Shown here in pieces: positions 24,702 to 39,435 of a DNA stretch of 64,000 nucleotides. This DNA is from Eledone cirrhosa (Eukaryota). Location of the stretch: assembly GCA_964016885.1 (NCBI GenBank), contig OZ024742.1, positions 25,420,001 to 25,484,000 on the forward strand, in the 5' to 3' direction. Below the pieces are notes generated by a model. The model did not search any database. It saw only the letters and a program-made list of their open reading frames with translations, and had not been told where the DNA came from. Every line of letters starts with the position of its first letter. Within the stretch, counting starts at the first letter, position 1. The translations under genes were made by a program, and so were the position numbers.

Positions 24702-25481
24702 TATATATATATACACACACACATATTGACACCTACACAGTCATAAACACATGTACATTTTCTCTATAGTGAAGCAGTAACTTGATCTTTGAATGTACCA
24801 GTTATTTCCTGACCTGGACTTTCTCCGGAATGTATTATAGCAGAGACCTGTCTCCAACACGCCACCCACAAACTATCTTTCTGTTCCACTCCAGAACAAT
24901 TTTCGTGACTAATATTTACCTCAAACTTGGTAATTTGTTCCCTTGCCCGTTCCAAGCTCTTTCCGCAGCAAATATTTACCTCGGATCTCAAATAATCACA
25001 GCCCCCTCCACACTTGTTAACATTTCAGATTTTTTTCCCACATGCTCCCTGCTCTTATTACCCTTACCCGCTTATAATTAAACCTTTAGCATTTAAACCG
25101 GCCATATCCGGCCAGAATACTCCCACCTCTTTTTGTTCAAACTGGCTGTAACCAGCTGCTTATACTGATGTTAAGGTATTGGTTTCAATATTAATACCAT
25201 TCAAATCTCATAGATTTGAAACTATGTGAGAATGTAAGATAAAACCTTTACCACAAAAATACAATAGTATATATAAGTAATGTAAATACTAAAGTGTTTC
25301 TAAAACTTGGTATCTTTCAGACACTGACCAAGAGCATTAACCACTACGCTAAAAGCCCACTCATAAACATATATTAAGCCTGTACACTCGGGTCTCGAAT
25401 TTTGCTAATCTCTCTTCGGCGAAATTCTATTTTAAGTGGTTGCATTCCTTCGACAATTAATTTATTTTATACATTAAAAAT

Positions 25482-25512
<31 letters not shown>

Positions 25513-25562
25513 ATTGTACATTACAAAGCGAGTATATTACAAGAAATCCTCTACGTTATAAA

Positions 25563-25735
25563 ATAATTGTTTCTACTTTTGGCACTAGGCCAGCAAATGC
25601 CCAGTGCATTACTGGTATTTTATTTTATCGACTCCGTAAGGATGAAAGGCAAAGTTAACCTCGGCGATATTTGAACTCAGAATGGCAAGGGCCGTAACTC
25701 CATGCGTCAAATCATGGCGTCCGACCCTCTACCGA
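25563..25735 (-). mobile_element. SINE (Meta/MESC-like)
   Basis: Matches the family consensus. Confidence 0.85.
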
Positions 25736-26155
25736 AAATAATGTAGCTGAATGTCTCTGAGAATTTTGTTAAAGTTCAAAAGTTCACAAAATAACACTTG
25801 AACAACTGGCCATGCTTTCTGATCGAATCTGGGACCTAATTATGGCGAATCGAACACCTTAACCATTAGGCAACGCTGCATATATACACATGTGCACTGA
25901 TGTTACAATGCAACATTTAATAACAGCTGTATGGAAACAACTGTATTGGGTGTGATTATAGGGGAGCTGATGTATATATTGATTTCCTTCAATTTATAAA
26001 CAAAAATATATTCATTTAGGTGTAGGATAGTGTATGTATGTGTACGCATATATGTGTATATATCTAGGTATGTGTGTATGAACATATGTGCGTATATATG
26101 TATATATGTAACTTTGGGTGACTATGTATGTATATGTATCTATGTATGTATATAT

Positions 26156-26315
<160 letters not shown>

Positions 26316-26378
26316 ATGTATCTCTGTATGTATGTATATGTATGTATTAATGTATGTATATGTGGATGTATGTATGTG

Positions 26379-26427
<49 letters not shown>

Positions 26428-26683
26428 GTATGCATGTATATATTTGTGTCTATCAATCTATCTTTATCGAAACGCACATTCAGAGTCGCAGTATCACATG
26501 TAACTACGAGTGAGTGTATATATCATTCCCATACACAGCTATATGGGTGTGTGGCTGTATATATATAAATTTATACAAATGCACACACATTCATATATTG
26601 AGAAACATCTACATGTACACATTCACATATACGAACACACATAAATATATGGATCTCTCTCTCCCTTCCCCATCACTCTCTCC

Positions 26684-26785
<102 letters not shown>

Positions 26786-27559
26786 CTTTATAAGTGCATG
26801 CACACACATTCATATAGAGAGGAACACCCACATGCACAGTTGAGCAGATTTTCAACAGCTGGTATGCAAACTTTTAATTGATTAAATTTGCCCGTATATT
26901 TCTCTACCATTTGGGAATGTAGCTATTCCTTTATGGCGATTAATCCTTCTCAAAATAATCCATATTCAATCCAAGATCTTTCTCAGATTTTCAAGAAATT
27001 TCATCGTCTTTCTCCCTTTGCCAACTGGTTAAGAAGTTCACTTTGCAGCCACAAGGTCCTGAGTTCAATCTCATTTTATGGCGTCTTAGGTCATGTGTTA
27101 TTTTACCATAGCTATGGGTTGATCCATGCCCCGTTTTCTCTTTAGATATGCATAGATTTAATTATTTATCATCGAGTTATTATTTTCCAAAGCTGTTTAT
27201 ATAAAAAACAAACTCACTAGTAATGGGAATAAAATAGAATGGAAAACAAAAGAAATGAAAAGAAAGGCACAAAAGTATCAAGAAACGAAAAAAAAAAATG
27301 GGACAGGGAGAGAGGGACGGACACTACATCCCAAACTTAGCAGTGTCTCCGCCCACCCCGTAGAGTAAACAGCACTTACATTACTGTTGAGAATAGCTAG
27401 ACACCCCCACTGCAACAGCCAACCATCCTTACAGGGCTCCATCATCAATCGGACCACCGTCTTTCCGGTGAGTGAAATTGTGTGGAAACAGTTTGTAAGC
27501 CTGGACTGTACTGGTGGTAGTGGTGCTGGTAATACTAGTAGTGCTTATAGGATTATAGG

Positions 27560-27740
27560 ACTCTACAGGCAATTCACATTATCCAGCTTTGACACACTTT
27601 CTGTCCGGCTGAATCTCCCAGAGAATTTCTTCAAGAGGACGACAGGTGTCTGTGCAATGCTCACTTACAACTTACATCTTACATCATTTCACGTGCTGGC
27701 TATTCTGTTTATGAAACAGTTGGAACACGCTCATCGTCGC
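27560..27740 (-). mobile_element. Dispersed SINE-like repeat (also 40165-40350 and 54490-54690 on plus)
   Basis: Shared gacgatgagtgttcca...aaacag..agc...agattcagc...gtgt.acaag motif. Confidence 0.6.
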
Positions 27741-28064
27741 AATTACTGGAGATCCATTATAATGCCTTCATTTAAAATTTAATCTATGGAATTATGGATT
27801 TCTGTTGAATGACAAAGAATGTTCAGCGAGAAGTAATTTCAACATGGAGGCAACAACAACAACTACAACATGAAACAAAAAGGGGAATACGGCATTCAAT
27901 TGACATAAAGCAGTATTATAGCTATGGCTTTGTTATGATGTGTGTGTGTGTGTGTGTGAGTGTGTGTGTGAGTGAGGTGTGTGTATTTATGTGTTTATGT
28001 GTGTGTGTGTGTGTGCAGGTGTGTAAAGCACATATACACCTTCAGTTACAAACAAATGCACACA

Positions 28065-28125
<61 letters not shown>

Positions 28126-28315
28126 GCGCTCACACATACACACACCTACATACACACATACGTACAGTATATATATATATATTTATGTATGTGTGAGTGT
28201 TGAATCGAATATGTGGTAGGTTAGCTTTGAATACATATATGTACATTCATAATTATTTGTTCACACACAAATATAAACACCCTGACCAACAGTGGTACAT
28301 TCTATACACACATTC

Positions 28316-28353
<38 letters not shown>

Positions 28354-28357
28354 TATA

Positions 28358-28422
<65 letters not shown>

Positions 28423-28731
28423 ATGCTATAAAGGCCATTTGTCCCATTTCCACAATACGAGCTTTTAGAAAAATGAAGATATTATAGAAATAATACACAT
28501 CTATATTTCCACTTAAATTACATTGCAAGATATTTCTTTGATAGTATATTTATGAAGATTTCAATTTTGGGTAAAATAATTATTGAAAGAACAATAGCAA
28601 TTTAAATATATATAAAAAACCCTCTAAATAGGAAAAAATAATTTCAAATGAGAAATAATGTCATTTGATGGAATTATCTCCAAATGTATTATATATAATA
28701 TCCAGTATTGCATGTTTACATATATTTCTCC

Positions 28732-28786
<55 letters not shown>

Positions 28787-28952
28787 CCAAATATATAATT
28801 ATATAAATATATATATATAGATATGTAAATACACACATATCCAACATATCCAATTATGTAATTATATATAGATATATATTCTATTTATATGTTATATATA
28901 TATATATAATATATACTATATATATATAGTATATATAATGCATATAAATAGA

Positions 28953-28991
<39 letters not shown>

Positions 28992-29061
28992 TATATGTAT
29001 ATATATATATATTTATATATATATTTGTATACATGTGTTATACATATATACATATATATGT

Positions 29062-29122
<61 letters not shown>

Positions 29123-29138
29123 CATACACACAGACATA

Positions 29139-29169
<31 letters not shown>

Positions 29170-29188
29170 ACATATTTGTATACATATG

Positions 29189-29259
<71 letters not shown>

Positions 29260-29266
<7 letters not shown>

Positions 29267-29980
29267 ATACTTTGGGAGGGTCATGTTGCTAATAAGAAAA
29301 ACGCGCACCAGCTGTTTCACTCCAATTTATTATAAATTTAAAAATTTAAAAATTTAAAAATTTATAAATTTCCGGTTGGTTGGTTCCACAACCGGACGGT
29401 TGTTTATATATTGTCAAAGTTTTTTTGTCACACATTCTGTGACCTCTTCAGTGAGTGGGGATTCTTCTCTTTGTTTTGTGCCTCTCCTTTGTTCTGTCCT
29501 ACACCATCTTGTTTTTGTGTGTGTTGTGTGCCTATTTTGCGCATGTGTTACATTTGGGTGTCTGTGTGTGTTTTTATTTGTTTATTTACATGTTACTAGT
29601 TGGTTGTTTGTTCTATGTGTGTGTGTTTTCATTTTGTCCTTAATTGTAAGTTGTGATGTTGCTATTCCATTCATGTTTTCTATTTAATTTTGGATGGAGT
29701 TCATTTATGCTTATTGCCTCTGTGATTTGTATAAATATTGCGTCTTTTCTGTGTGTAGATTTTATTTTTATTTCCATGTTCTCTAATTTGCCCTTATGTT
29801 CTATTTTAGCATGTTGGTGGAGTACTGATGAATCTTTTCTATCTTGAAGCTCTCGCCAGTGTTCATTTAATCCTTCTCCTATACTACGTGCTGTCTCACC
29901 TATGTACACTATATCCTTATCTTTACATTGTCCTTCAGGGCATCTTATGCTATATACATAGTATATAGCATAAGATTTTA
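29260..29980 (-). mobile_element. 5'-truncated Penelope-like element (Neptune-like GIY-YIG plus 3' region with decayed HHR at 29413-29455)
   Basis: Endonuclease ORF, then UTR ending catgaccctcccaaagtataata at a (TA)n tract. Confidence 0.85.
29640..29975 (-). pseudogene. PLE GIY-YIG endonuclease fragment
   Basis: VYSIRC..C....YIGETARS....EH.....S.L.QH...H......I.EAI.I....P.LNRK.EW. Confidence 0.88.
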
Positions 29981-30137
29981 TGCAGGAAATCAGCATTGCG
30001 GGATCGAAAACACCTGATGTCTCATATTTATCTGTTACATCGTCCCTACAAGGACCTTACCCCACCGACTCCCCAGAAGATTCTATCTGTTTTGATTTTT
30101 ACTTCATATTTTAATGTTTATTTGTTGTTATGACCCT

Positions 30138-30362
30138 CTAGTTGGTGGTGTATGATATTTTTTCTTCTTCGTGGGGATTGGGTAATCCTCGGTCAGCGAT
30201 ACCAGAGGAGTCATCGTGCTTAGAAACTACCAGGTCCACTGGTACCCTCCATCGCTGGACGTCCCGTGCGAGCTCCTCTGCATCCTCCTGGATGATGTCG
30301 AGCTTTTGGAGATCTTCCTTAATCACATCCACCCATCTGGTGCGGGTCTGCCAAGGCACCAC
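30138..30362 (-). mobile_element. RTE-like LINE 3' fragment
   Basis: TRWVDVIKEDL...A.D.QRWR C-terminal motif. Confidence 0.6.
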
Positions 30363-30512
30363 TTATATAAATTAATTCAATAAGATAGGTCACATTAACT
30401 ATATCCCATCATCTGTTTATTTATCTTGTTTGCCTTTTTTATTTTAAGTAATTAATTAACTAATGTATTTATCCTTCACTGTTTTAGCGTAATTATTTCA
30501 CTTTCAATATCT

Positions 30513-30800
30513 CTTGGTGGCAAGTGGCTTAGTGGTAAGGGTGTTGGACTTACGACCATAATGTCGTGGGTTCGTTCCTGGGCTGGGTTGCGTGTTGTGT
30601 TCTTGAGCAAAACAACTCATTTCACGTCGCTCCAGTAAATTCAGCTGAAAACGAGTACCAGCAATAATAGCTGGGGGTTTAACCCTGCGATGGACTGGTG
30701 CCCTATCCAGGGGGATGTCTTGTACTCTCAGTCGCTTCATGTCACGAAAACTTGGATAAGCATTTGTCTGATGTGTCCATGAGCTTGAGGCAGACTTTAG
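30513..30800 (+). mobile_element. tRNA-derived CORE-type SINE
   Basis: tggcttagtgg A box, gggttcgttcc B box, gtgttcttgagcaaaacactc CORE-like segment, cccctgcgatggactggtgccctatccagggg-like segment. Confidence 0.8.
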
Positions 30801-31837
30801 CCAATATCTCTTCCATTCCTTTGATCCTTTCTATATCCCCGCCTCTTACACATGACAGCCGCCTTTGTCTTACTTTATATTTTCTCATTCTTCTCAATTG
30901 TTTTCATATATAAAGTTTGAGTGAATCCCATTAGTTTTTTTTATTCTGTTGCTTCTAGTAACCACAGCTCTTTCTCTGTTGTAATACAACGTTTAAAACT
31001 GATATATCTATACCGTTGTCCCTAGAATAGATTTCGTTTATTATCGTAGCTCTAACATATGAGAAGTAGACACCAGTCTAAGGAAGGCGGTGGTATTTTG
31101 CACTAATTGTTTACCGATTCTACAGTTATATGAATTAATGAAAATACATGGTAGCTTAACTATCATTGTTCTATAGTCAGTATCAATAAATGTTAATCTT
31201 CTAAATATATTATAAACATTACATATTCTTTCAGATTGTGAACTGTATTGAACTTTCTATTGAAAAGCAGGCCTGTATTGTCAGTAAAGATTGGGAATAT
31301 TAAAAAGCGTATGAAAAATCTCGTAGAAAGTTATTTTGAAAATTTCAAAGAATTCGTCTGTTATTTTAGATTATTTCAACATGCTTTTTGACAATAATTT
31401 CTTAAGAAACAAATAAAACAACGAAATGTGCTGTAAACAACGATGTATGAAATATCTCTATATTTACACAAGTTCAAAGTTATATAAGAAAATTCAATTA
31501 AAATCATGCATAATTCAATATTAAAAAAAAAATATCTATCACTTATTTCACAGGTACGTATTTCTTATGTTTATAACATCGTATCGTAACTAGGCGCAAC
31601 ATTTTCCTCAATGCACCAACTTCTGGTTTTAGATCTGGTGAAATTGGTAGCATAATTTCTGTCTCTGGAAATGAAACAGGTGGCTAACAAACCAACTTGT
31701 GTTCCTGAAAACTCTTTGATGTATTCCATCATTAAGAAAATTTACTTTGAAAAATGCCATTTCCGTAAATGTATCTTTAGCAACGACAAAAATACTCTTG
31801 AGATCAAGGCAAATATATGTTGCTGTTGTTGTTGTTG

Positions 31838-31888
<51 letters not shown>

Positions 31889-31945
31889 TTCTTCTTCTTC
31901 TTCTTCTTCTTCTTCTTCTTCTTCTTCTTCTTCTTCTTCTTCGTT
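31838..31945. repeat. (CAT)n(CTT)n microsatellite
   Basis: Directly visible. Confidence 0.95.
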
Positions 31946-32270
31946 TTATTATTATTATTATCATCATCATCATCGGCATCATCAACATCATACTTTATTT
32001 ATATTTACAGTTTCTATTTACTTTGAAACCTTTCACTATCATTTGATATTTTTGCGAAAAACAAAATGACAATAAAAGAAAGAAAGAAGCAAATAAAACA
32101 AAGCAGGAAATATTTTGACAAGTTTCTCTACTATTTTTTCTGTTATTCTCTCTTTATTTTCCGATATGTTTATAAATATATAAATAAAGTATTTATATAA
32201 TTTAACATACAAAACCAAACACAGGCATTTAAATAAAATGAAATATGATGAGGTGAAATAAATAAATTGG

Positions 32271-32313
<43 letters not shown>

Positions 32314-32796
32314 TAATTATTATAATAATTTGAAGTTTGTAATTAAAAATATTCCTGTATAAAGCATCTATCATTTACCAAAAACTGGTTGTTCTTGCTA
32401 AATGTAAAGATACACACGCGAAACAATATACAGCAGCGATATTATTGTAGAATGAGAAGGAATGTTGGAGTTTTTCCCACATTCAGAATACTTGGCTCAG
32501 AAAAGATGGATTACCCAAGGCTTATGGTAAATGACACTCGCTCAAGATGCCAAAAAATGGGATAGAACCGGGGATATAATGATTACAAGGCGAACTGCTT
32601 AATCTTTCTACAGATTGTGTAGAATAAATGTAAATAAAGTAAACATTTGGATGGATTGTCGCGTAACACCTGAAAGAATCGTAAGGGCACTGTCTTGATA
32701 TGAGGTGTTTGTATGGGACTTTATTTCTGGCAGAGCCCATCCTTCTCCAGGTCTGAATACATCTGTTGATTAGAAAAAAATAGAGAGTGAGAAAAA

Positions 32797-32962
32797 GACC
32801 AGCAATAACCCAGTGCATTACTGGTACTTTATTTTATCGACCCCGTAAAGATGAACGGCAAAGTCAACTTCGGCGGGATTTGAACTCAGATCGCAAAGGG
32901 ACGTAACTATGCTGGAAAGCATGGCGTCCGACCCTCTACCGATACTACCAATCCACCGCCCT
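32797..32962 (-). mobile_element. SINE (Meta/MESC-like)
   Basis: Matches the family consensus. Confidence 0.85.
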
Positions 32963-33344
32963 AGATAATAACCCATATATAGAGGCAGACATGGCTGTGT
33001 GGTTAAGGGGATTATTCTGTATCCATGTAATTCTGGGTTCAGTTTCAGCGTGCAGCATTTTGGGAGAATGTCTTCTACTCTAGCCTTAGGTTGACCAATG
33101 ACTTATTAATGGAATAGGTTTGAGGGAAACTGCAAATGTGTGTGTATAAGGGCATGTCTTTGCGCACGTTTGACATTACACCGTGTAATCAGCAGCTTCA
33201 AGATCAAGACACATCATCATCATCACGTACATTTCTCAAAGGCACCTGATTATTTAATGTAAATACTGAATTCAACATTGAGGTGATTACCTTTCTTTTC
33301 TTTCGTATGTGCTAATCTGCCCCCCCCCCTCTCTCTCTCTACAT

Positions 33345-33829
<485 letters not shown>

Positions 33830-34221
33830 GGAAAAAATGAAACGAAATTTCATTTCCCACTCTTAGTACGGCTGTTACTTAAATATAAGTATGTACACGT
33901 ACATACATATATGTATACAGACGTACAGTAGTATGTATATATATATATACATACATGCATACATATATATATATATATGAACGTATGTATTCACCGAACA
34001 TTTATTATAATGCTCGGTGTGTTTGTAAACAAACATCCCGTATTAAGCCGTAGTGTCTAGCAACCAACGTTGCTCGTTTGTTCAACACTGACAAAGGAAC
34101 GCTGTACTAGTTTCAAGCTTATTAGCTATCGATTAACCCACTCGATATGCAAATTGGGCTTCTCAGCCGTTAATATGCATAAGGTAAGTATATACGTTCA
34201 ACAATATGGCAGGAAGGGATA

Positions 34222-34262
34222 CGTTGCTGACGATAGCTAATAAGCTTGAAACTAGTACAGCG
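34222..34262 (+). ncRNA. Minimal type I HHR
   Basis: cgttg-CTGACGA-tagctaataagctt-GAAA-ctag-TA-cagcg. Confidence 0.9.
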
Positions 34263-34643
34263 GTCCTTTGTCAGTGTTGAACAAACGAGCAACGATGGTT
34301 GCTAGACACTACGGCTTAATACGGAATGTTTGTTTACAAACACACCGAGCATTATAATAAATGTTCGGTGAATCCATACGTACATATATATATATATACA
34401 TGTGCATGTATATATATATACTTACTACTGTACGTCTGTATACATATATGTATGTACGTATACATACTTATATTTAAGTAACAGCCGTGCTAAGAGTGGG
34501 AAATGAAATTTCGTTTCATTTTTACCGTTTATCGTTTTCGGTGCACCCGGCCGATTAACCTACTCGATATGCAAATTGGGCTACTCAGCCGTTAATATGC
34601 ATAAGTTAAGTATATACGTTCAACAATCTGGCAGGAAGGTATA

Positions 34644-34684
34644 CGTTGCTGACGATAGCTAATAAGCTTGAAACTAGTACAGCG
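34644..34684 (+). ncRNA. Minimal type I HHR
   Basis: Same sequence as 34222-34262. Confidence 0.9.
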
Positions 34685-35065
34685 TTCCTTTGTCAGTGTT
34701 GAACAAATGAGAAACGATGGTTGCTAGACACTACGGCTTAATACGGGATGTTTCTTTACAAACACACAGAGCATTATAATAAATGTTCGGTGAATCCATA
34801 CGTACATATATATATATGTGTGCATGTATGTATATATATATACACACTACTGTACGTCTGTATACATATATGTATGTACGTATACATACTTATATTTAAG
34901 TAACAGCCGTGCTAAGAGTGGGAAATGAAATTTCGTTTCATTTTTACCGTTTATCGTTTTCGGTGCACCCGGCCGATTAACCTACTCGATATGCAAATTG
35001 GGCTACCCAGCCGTTAATATGCATAAGTTAAGTATATACGTTCAACAATCTGGCAGGAAGGTATA

Positions 35066-35106
35066 CGTTGCTGACGATAGCTAATAAGCTTGAAACTAGT
35101 ACAGCG
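35066..35106 (+). ncRNA. Minimal type I HHR
   Basis: Same sequence as 34222-34262. Confidence 0.9.
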
Positions 35107-35310
35107 TTCCTTTGTCAGTGTTGAACAAATGAGAAACGATGGTTGCTAGACACTACGGCTTAATACGGGATGTTTCTTTACAAACACACAGAGCATTATA
35201 ATAAATGTTCGGTGAATCCATACGTACATATATATATATGTGTGCATGTATGTATATATATATACACACTACTGTACGTCTGTATACATATATGCATGTA
35301 CGTGTACATA

Positions 35311-35345
<35 letters not shown>

Positions 35346-35396
35346 AAAAGAAATCTAAAATGCAACTGGACTCTTTTTAAGAATATTCATTTCATT

Positions 35397-35434
35397 CCTT
35401 TACCAGTTTCACAGTTCTTATGTTTTTCAAAAGT
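35397..35434 (-). ncRNA. Minimal HHR, U3-A8 variant (family J, diverged)
   Basis: ctt-TTGAAAA-aca taagaac tgt-GAAA-ctgg-TA-aagg. Confidence 0.6.
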
Positions 35435-35466
35435 ACAATTGAGATGGAGGGTTTGTGGTTTGTCTC

Positions 35467-35519
<53 letters not shown>

Positions 35520-35522
<3 letters not shown>

Positions 35523-35720
35523 CTCTTTTACTCTTTTCTCTTTTACCTGTTCCAGGCTGCGACCATGCCTCTTCCAGTAACTCATCTCCTTCATTGTGGC
35601 AATCCTCTTGGTGTAGCTTCGTTGGATTGCCTCAATCTCCGTAGTTAGTTTGATACTATGGGGTGACCACAGTTGGGAAACGTTGTCCATTCGGCTTAGG
35701 ACCAATGTCCTCCATAGTAA
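35520..35720 (-). mobile_element. CR1-like LINE 3' fragment
   Basis: SQLWSPH..KL..EIEAIQR..TKRI..M..MSYW.R motif. Confidence 0.75.
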
Positions 35721-36514
35721 TGTATATATAATATAAGTGGCTATATATATACGAACATGCGTGTATATGTGTCCGTCTATGTTTAGGATTGTTTCTGTGT
35801 TAGATTGTTTCTATGTTTCGGATTGTTTCTGATAGTTTAACGGTCCTACAAATAAGTGATCGATAAAACATGTAACATAATTTAAACACACAGGCACGCA
35901 CACGCGTACAAATAAAGAAAGAAGCATGCATTGGGTTCGCTAAGATCAAATAAAATGATGGTGGTGTACTAGCATGGCCGCAGTCTAATGATTGAAACCT
36001 GTAAAAGTATATAGAATATGAAAATAAAGAATTGGAAATAAATAAATGAATAAACTGAATAAAGGTGGAAGGATTGGCTGATGCAGCGGTTATCGCTGGC
36101 TGTTCTCGGAAGTAATGCCTTTGTTATTTTCTCTGCCATGCACTTTTGAATTATACTGCTGTAGAGTCTGTTTCTCCACCCCTTCATGCCTTTAGCAATT
36201 TAATTTTGTTTTCATTTTGTCTTTCTTATATTGTAAACATATAATCCAATTGAAATTAGTTGAATATCTTACATATAGTTAAGAAATAGCTCCCGTAAGC
36301 AATATCTGGGTGGTATGTACATGAGTGGGAGATTTAGGAAATCTGTGGGTGAGTGGATGTCAAAATATTTCCAGCTTTGTTTTATTTATTTATTCTTTTG
36401 CTCTTTTCTTTTATTTTTTTGTCATTTTGTTTTTCGCAAAAAATATCAAATGATAGTGAAAAGTTTCAATGTAAATAGAAACTGTAAATATAAATAAAGT
36501 ATGGTAATGATAAT

Positions 36515-36735
36515 AATAGTGATTTCTGATTTAGGCAAAAGGCCATCAAATTGGGGGGAGGGGAAAAAGGTTTAAATCGACCCCAGTTCATTACTGGTAC
36601 TATATTTTATCGACCACGTAAGGATGTAAAGCAAAGTTAACTTTGACTGGATTTGAAGTCAGAAGGTAAAGGACTGTAACTCTATGCCACAAAGAATGTC
36701 CCACGCTCTAAAGATACTGCTAATCCACCGCCCTT
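36515..36735 (-). mobile_element. SINE (Meta/MESC-like)
   Basis: Matches the family consensus. Confidence 0.75.
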
Positions 36736-38005
36736 ATGATAATAATAATAATAATACATCGAAGAATATCAACAACAACATTAACAATATATATTTGCAT
36801 TGATCTTATGTATATTCATATATATGGGTCAGTATGAGTGGCGGGCGGTGACCAACTACTCGTCGACCGTCCCCAGAGTTTCAGTACATTTCGAAGTATG
36901 CATAGTTGTGTATGTTTTATGGGAAAGATAGAAGGTGGATGATATTTGTAGTGCGAACTGTTTCCGGTAGAAATTGTTACATGAAGCCCCCTCAAGTCAG
37001 GCACTCAACCACCGTCACACCACAAATATTATAGTCATGCAAACATTAAAATCTTACCGAAATTATAATGGTTTAGATAGCCTTCTTTCTTTCCTTACAC
37101 AAACACAGCCAGAATAAGTACAAACGAACGAACAAAAACGACAGTAACAACAACAATAACAACCATAATGAGCTAACATTAAGAAGACCAACAAGAACAA
37201 CTGTAGCAACAACAACAGCAGCAACAACAATGTCTGAAAACACAACAACAACAACAGCTATAATGAGGTAACATTAAGAAGGCCAGAAAGAATAATAACA
37301 ACAACAATAATGCCGATGGTAGGTTTAATTCTGGCCGATCAAGCCACCATTTTCAAGATTGTTATAACAAGTTAAGGTAGAAAGCCAAGCTTATTAAGTC
37401 AGAAGACTTCACACTGATTGACGAGTTTCTTGGACTCTTTCCAACCACTAAAACCACCAACAGATTTCAAATTGTCAAATCCATTCACTCGATTGGATTG
37501 CTTCCTTCCAAATTCCCAGATAAGTTCTATAGATATTTCGTAACAAATTCAGCGAGGAGGAAAACGTCTAGATTTTTAAACAACTCCTACAGCTCTGAGT
37601 GAAATTATAAATATACAGTACAATTACTGACTAGCGATATAGTGGTGGAGTTACATTGTTAGATAGTAGGATACAAACTCGAGCTATGATATATATATAT
37701 AGATATATATATAAATGCTCTACTTTTAGAACAGCTGAGTGCTAAGAAGATTTGTGTATAAAGTTAGTAGCTTTAACAAAACATTTGTACATTGTAGCTG
37801 TACAAATTCGTTCCGTCTCCATGAACTTATATGCAACTTAGGCCACATTTTATAGTCAAAAACGTTAAAGCTACTAATTCTACTTTCAAATTTCAATATT
37901 TCTTAGAGGGTTCTAAACCCCACTATCAGGCTAATATTTCTTTAGTCAAAAATGTGGCAATAGCTTCGATTTCTATTTCCACACTTGCTCGCTGTTTGAA
38001 AACAA

Positions 38006-38056
38006 ACTTATCTTGATGATTTCTTACGAATGAAACAGTTCTAGTCCTGTAGAAGT
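38006..38056 (+). ncRNA. HHR (family K, diverged, TTGATGA core)
   Basis: TTGATGA-tttcttacgaat-GAAA-cagttctagtcctg-TA-gaagt, homologous to 61171-61221. Confidence 0.6.
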
Positions 38057-38086
38057 AATTTTTATAATGAAGTGAATATATATATA

Positions 38087-38247
38087 TAGTAATAATAATA
38101 CATTTGAAGACTAAAATCCAAATAGGGCTCGATAAGGATAAATATATATCAAATATATAAGAACTGTAGAGCAAATTTTCTTCTGAAATTCAGAAGATCC
38201 CGTTAAGGGTGAAAGCAGCGATTCTTTGCTTAAACTTTAATCTGTTA

Positions 38248-38253
<6 letters not shown>
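38087..38253. mobile_element. Family B rearranged fragment with HHR (38188-38236)
   Basis: CAGAAGAtcccgttaagggtGAAAgcagcgattctttgcTTaaact between (TA)n tracts. Confidence 0.75.
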
Positions 38254-38295
<42 letters not shown>

Positions 38296-38760
38296 TATAT
38301 TTGCTAGCATTGATATGCATCTGTATGTATATAAATGTTACTAGATATTAATTCTTTATAATGATCTCCAAATTATTTGTCGAGCAATATTGGCCATGAC
38401 TGCTGCTATGGTAGCAGGCAGGCCGCTGTCTTATTAGCAAACCACTTTCCACTGATTGACCTCGATGTCACGTGATTGATTCTTTATGAATTTGCCACCG
38501 ACGCAGAGGCAGTGATTTTCTCAATGGCTAGGAATTCAGTCCACGCTTTGCTATTTTCTATCCACTGAATTATTTTTTAATAAGTTTCCAGAGTCCACGC
38601 TTTGCCTGGATACTTAGATGAGAATAGTATTCCCTGACGACGGAATAATTCTCCATGTTTTCTTCGGAAAATATATTTATTCCATTCCAGAAACTAATTA
38701 GTTGGAAGTGATATTTTAGTAAGTAAGTTAATTTTATAATTTTCTTATTTTATGTCTCTC

Positions 38761-38830
<70 letters not shown>

Positions 38831-38989
38831 CAAACGTCGTCTGTGAAGCTCGGATTTTCGAAATTATTAAGCGTGACAGTGGAGTGGTTAGGGTTGTCGG
38901 GTTGGTGGTGGAGGTTGTGAAGATAGTGGTGGTAGGGGTGGGTGCAAAAAGGTTAGTTGATATTTTAGAGTTTCAATATCATTTCTTTT

Positions 38990-39435
38990 CATTTTGCAGC
39001 AAAGAGTTACGGCCCTTGCCATTCTGAGTTCAAACCCCGCCGAGGTTAACTTTGCCTTTCATCCTTACGGGGTCGATAAAATAAAGTACCAGTAATACAC
39101 TGGGATAATTGACGGCCTTGTGCCAAACGTAGAAACAAATATCATTTCTTTTCATTTCCCCGATGTCGATAAATAAGTGCCACCCAGTAATGGGGTCGAC
39201 TCTTCTTTTATTCATCTTCATCATTTGTCCATTCTTTCTTGCATTATCTGGGCGTTGAATTGGCAGTATCGGTAAAGGGTCGGACAAGCTTTCTAGCATA
39301 GTTACGTGCCTTTACGATCCGAGTTCAAATCCCGCCGAGGTTAACTTTGCCTTTCATCCATACGGGGTTGATAACATTAAGTACCATTAATGTAATGTGT
39401 AATTGCTGGCCTCGTGCCAAAAGTAGAAGCAATTA
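38990..39435 (+). mobile_element. Two SINE copies (Meta/MESC-like)
   Basis: Matches the family consensus twice. Confidence 0.8.
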
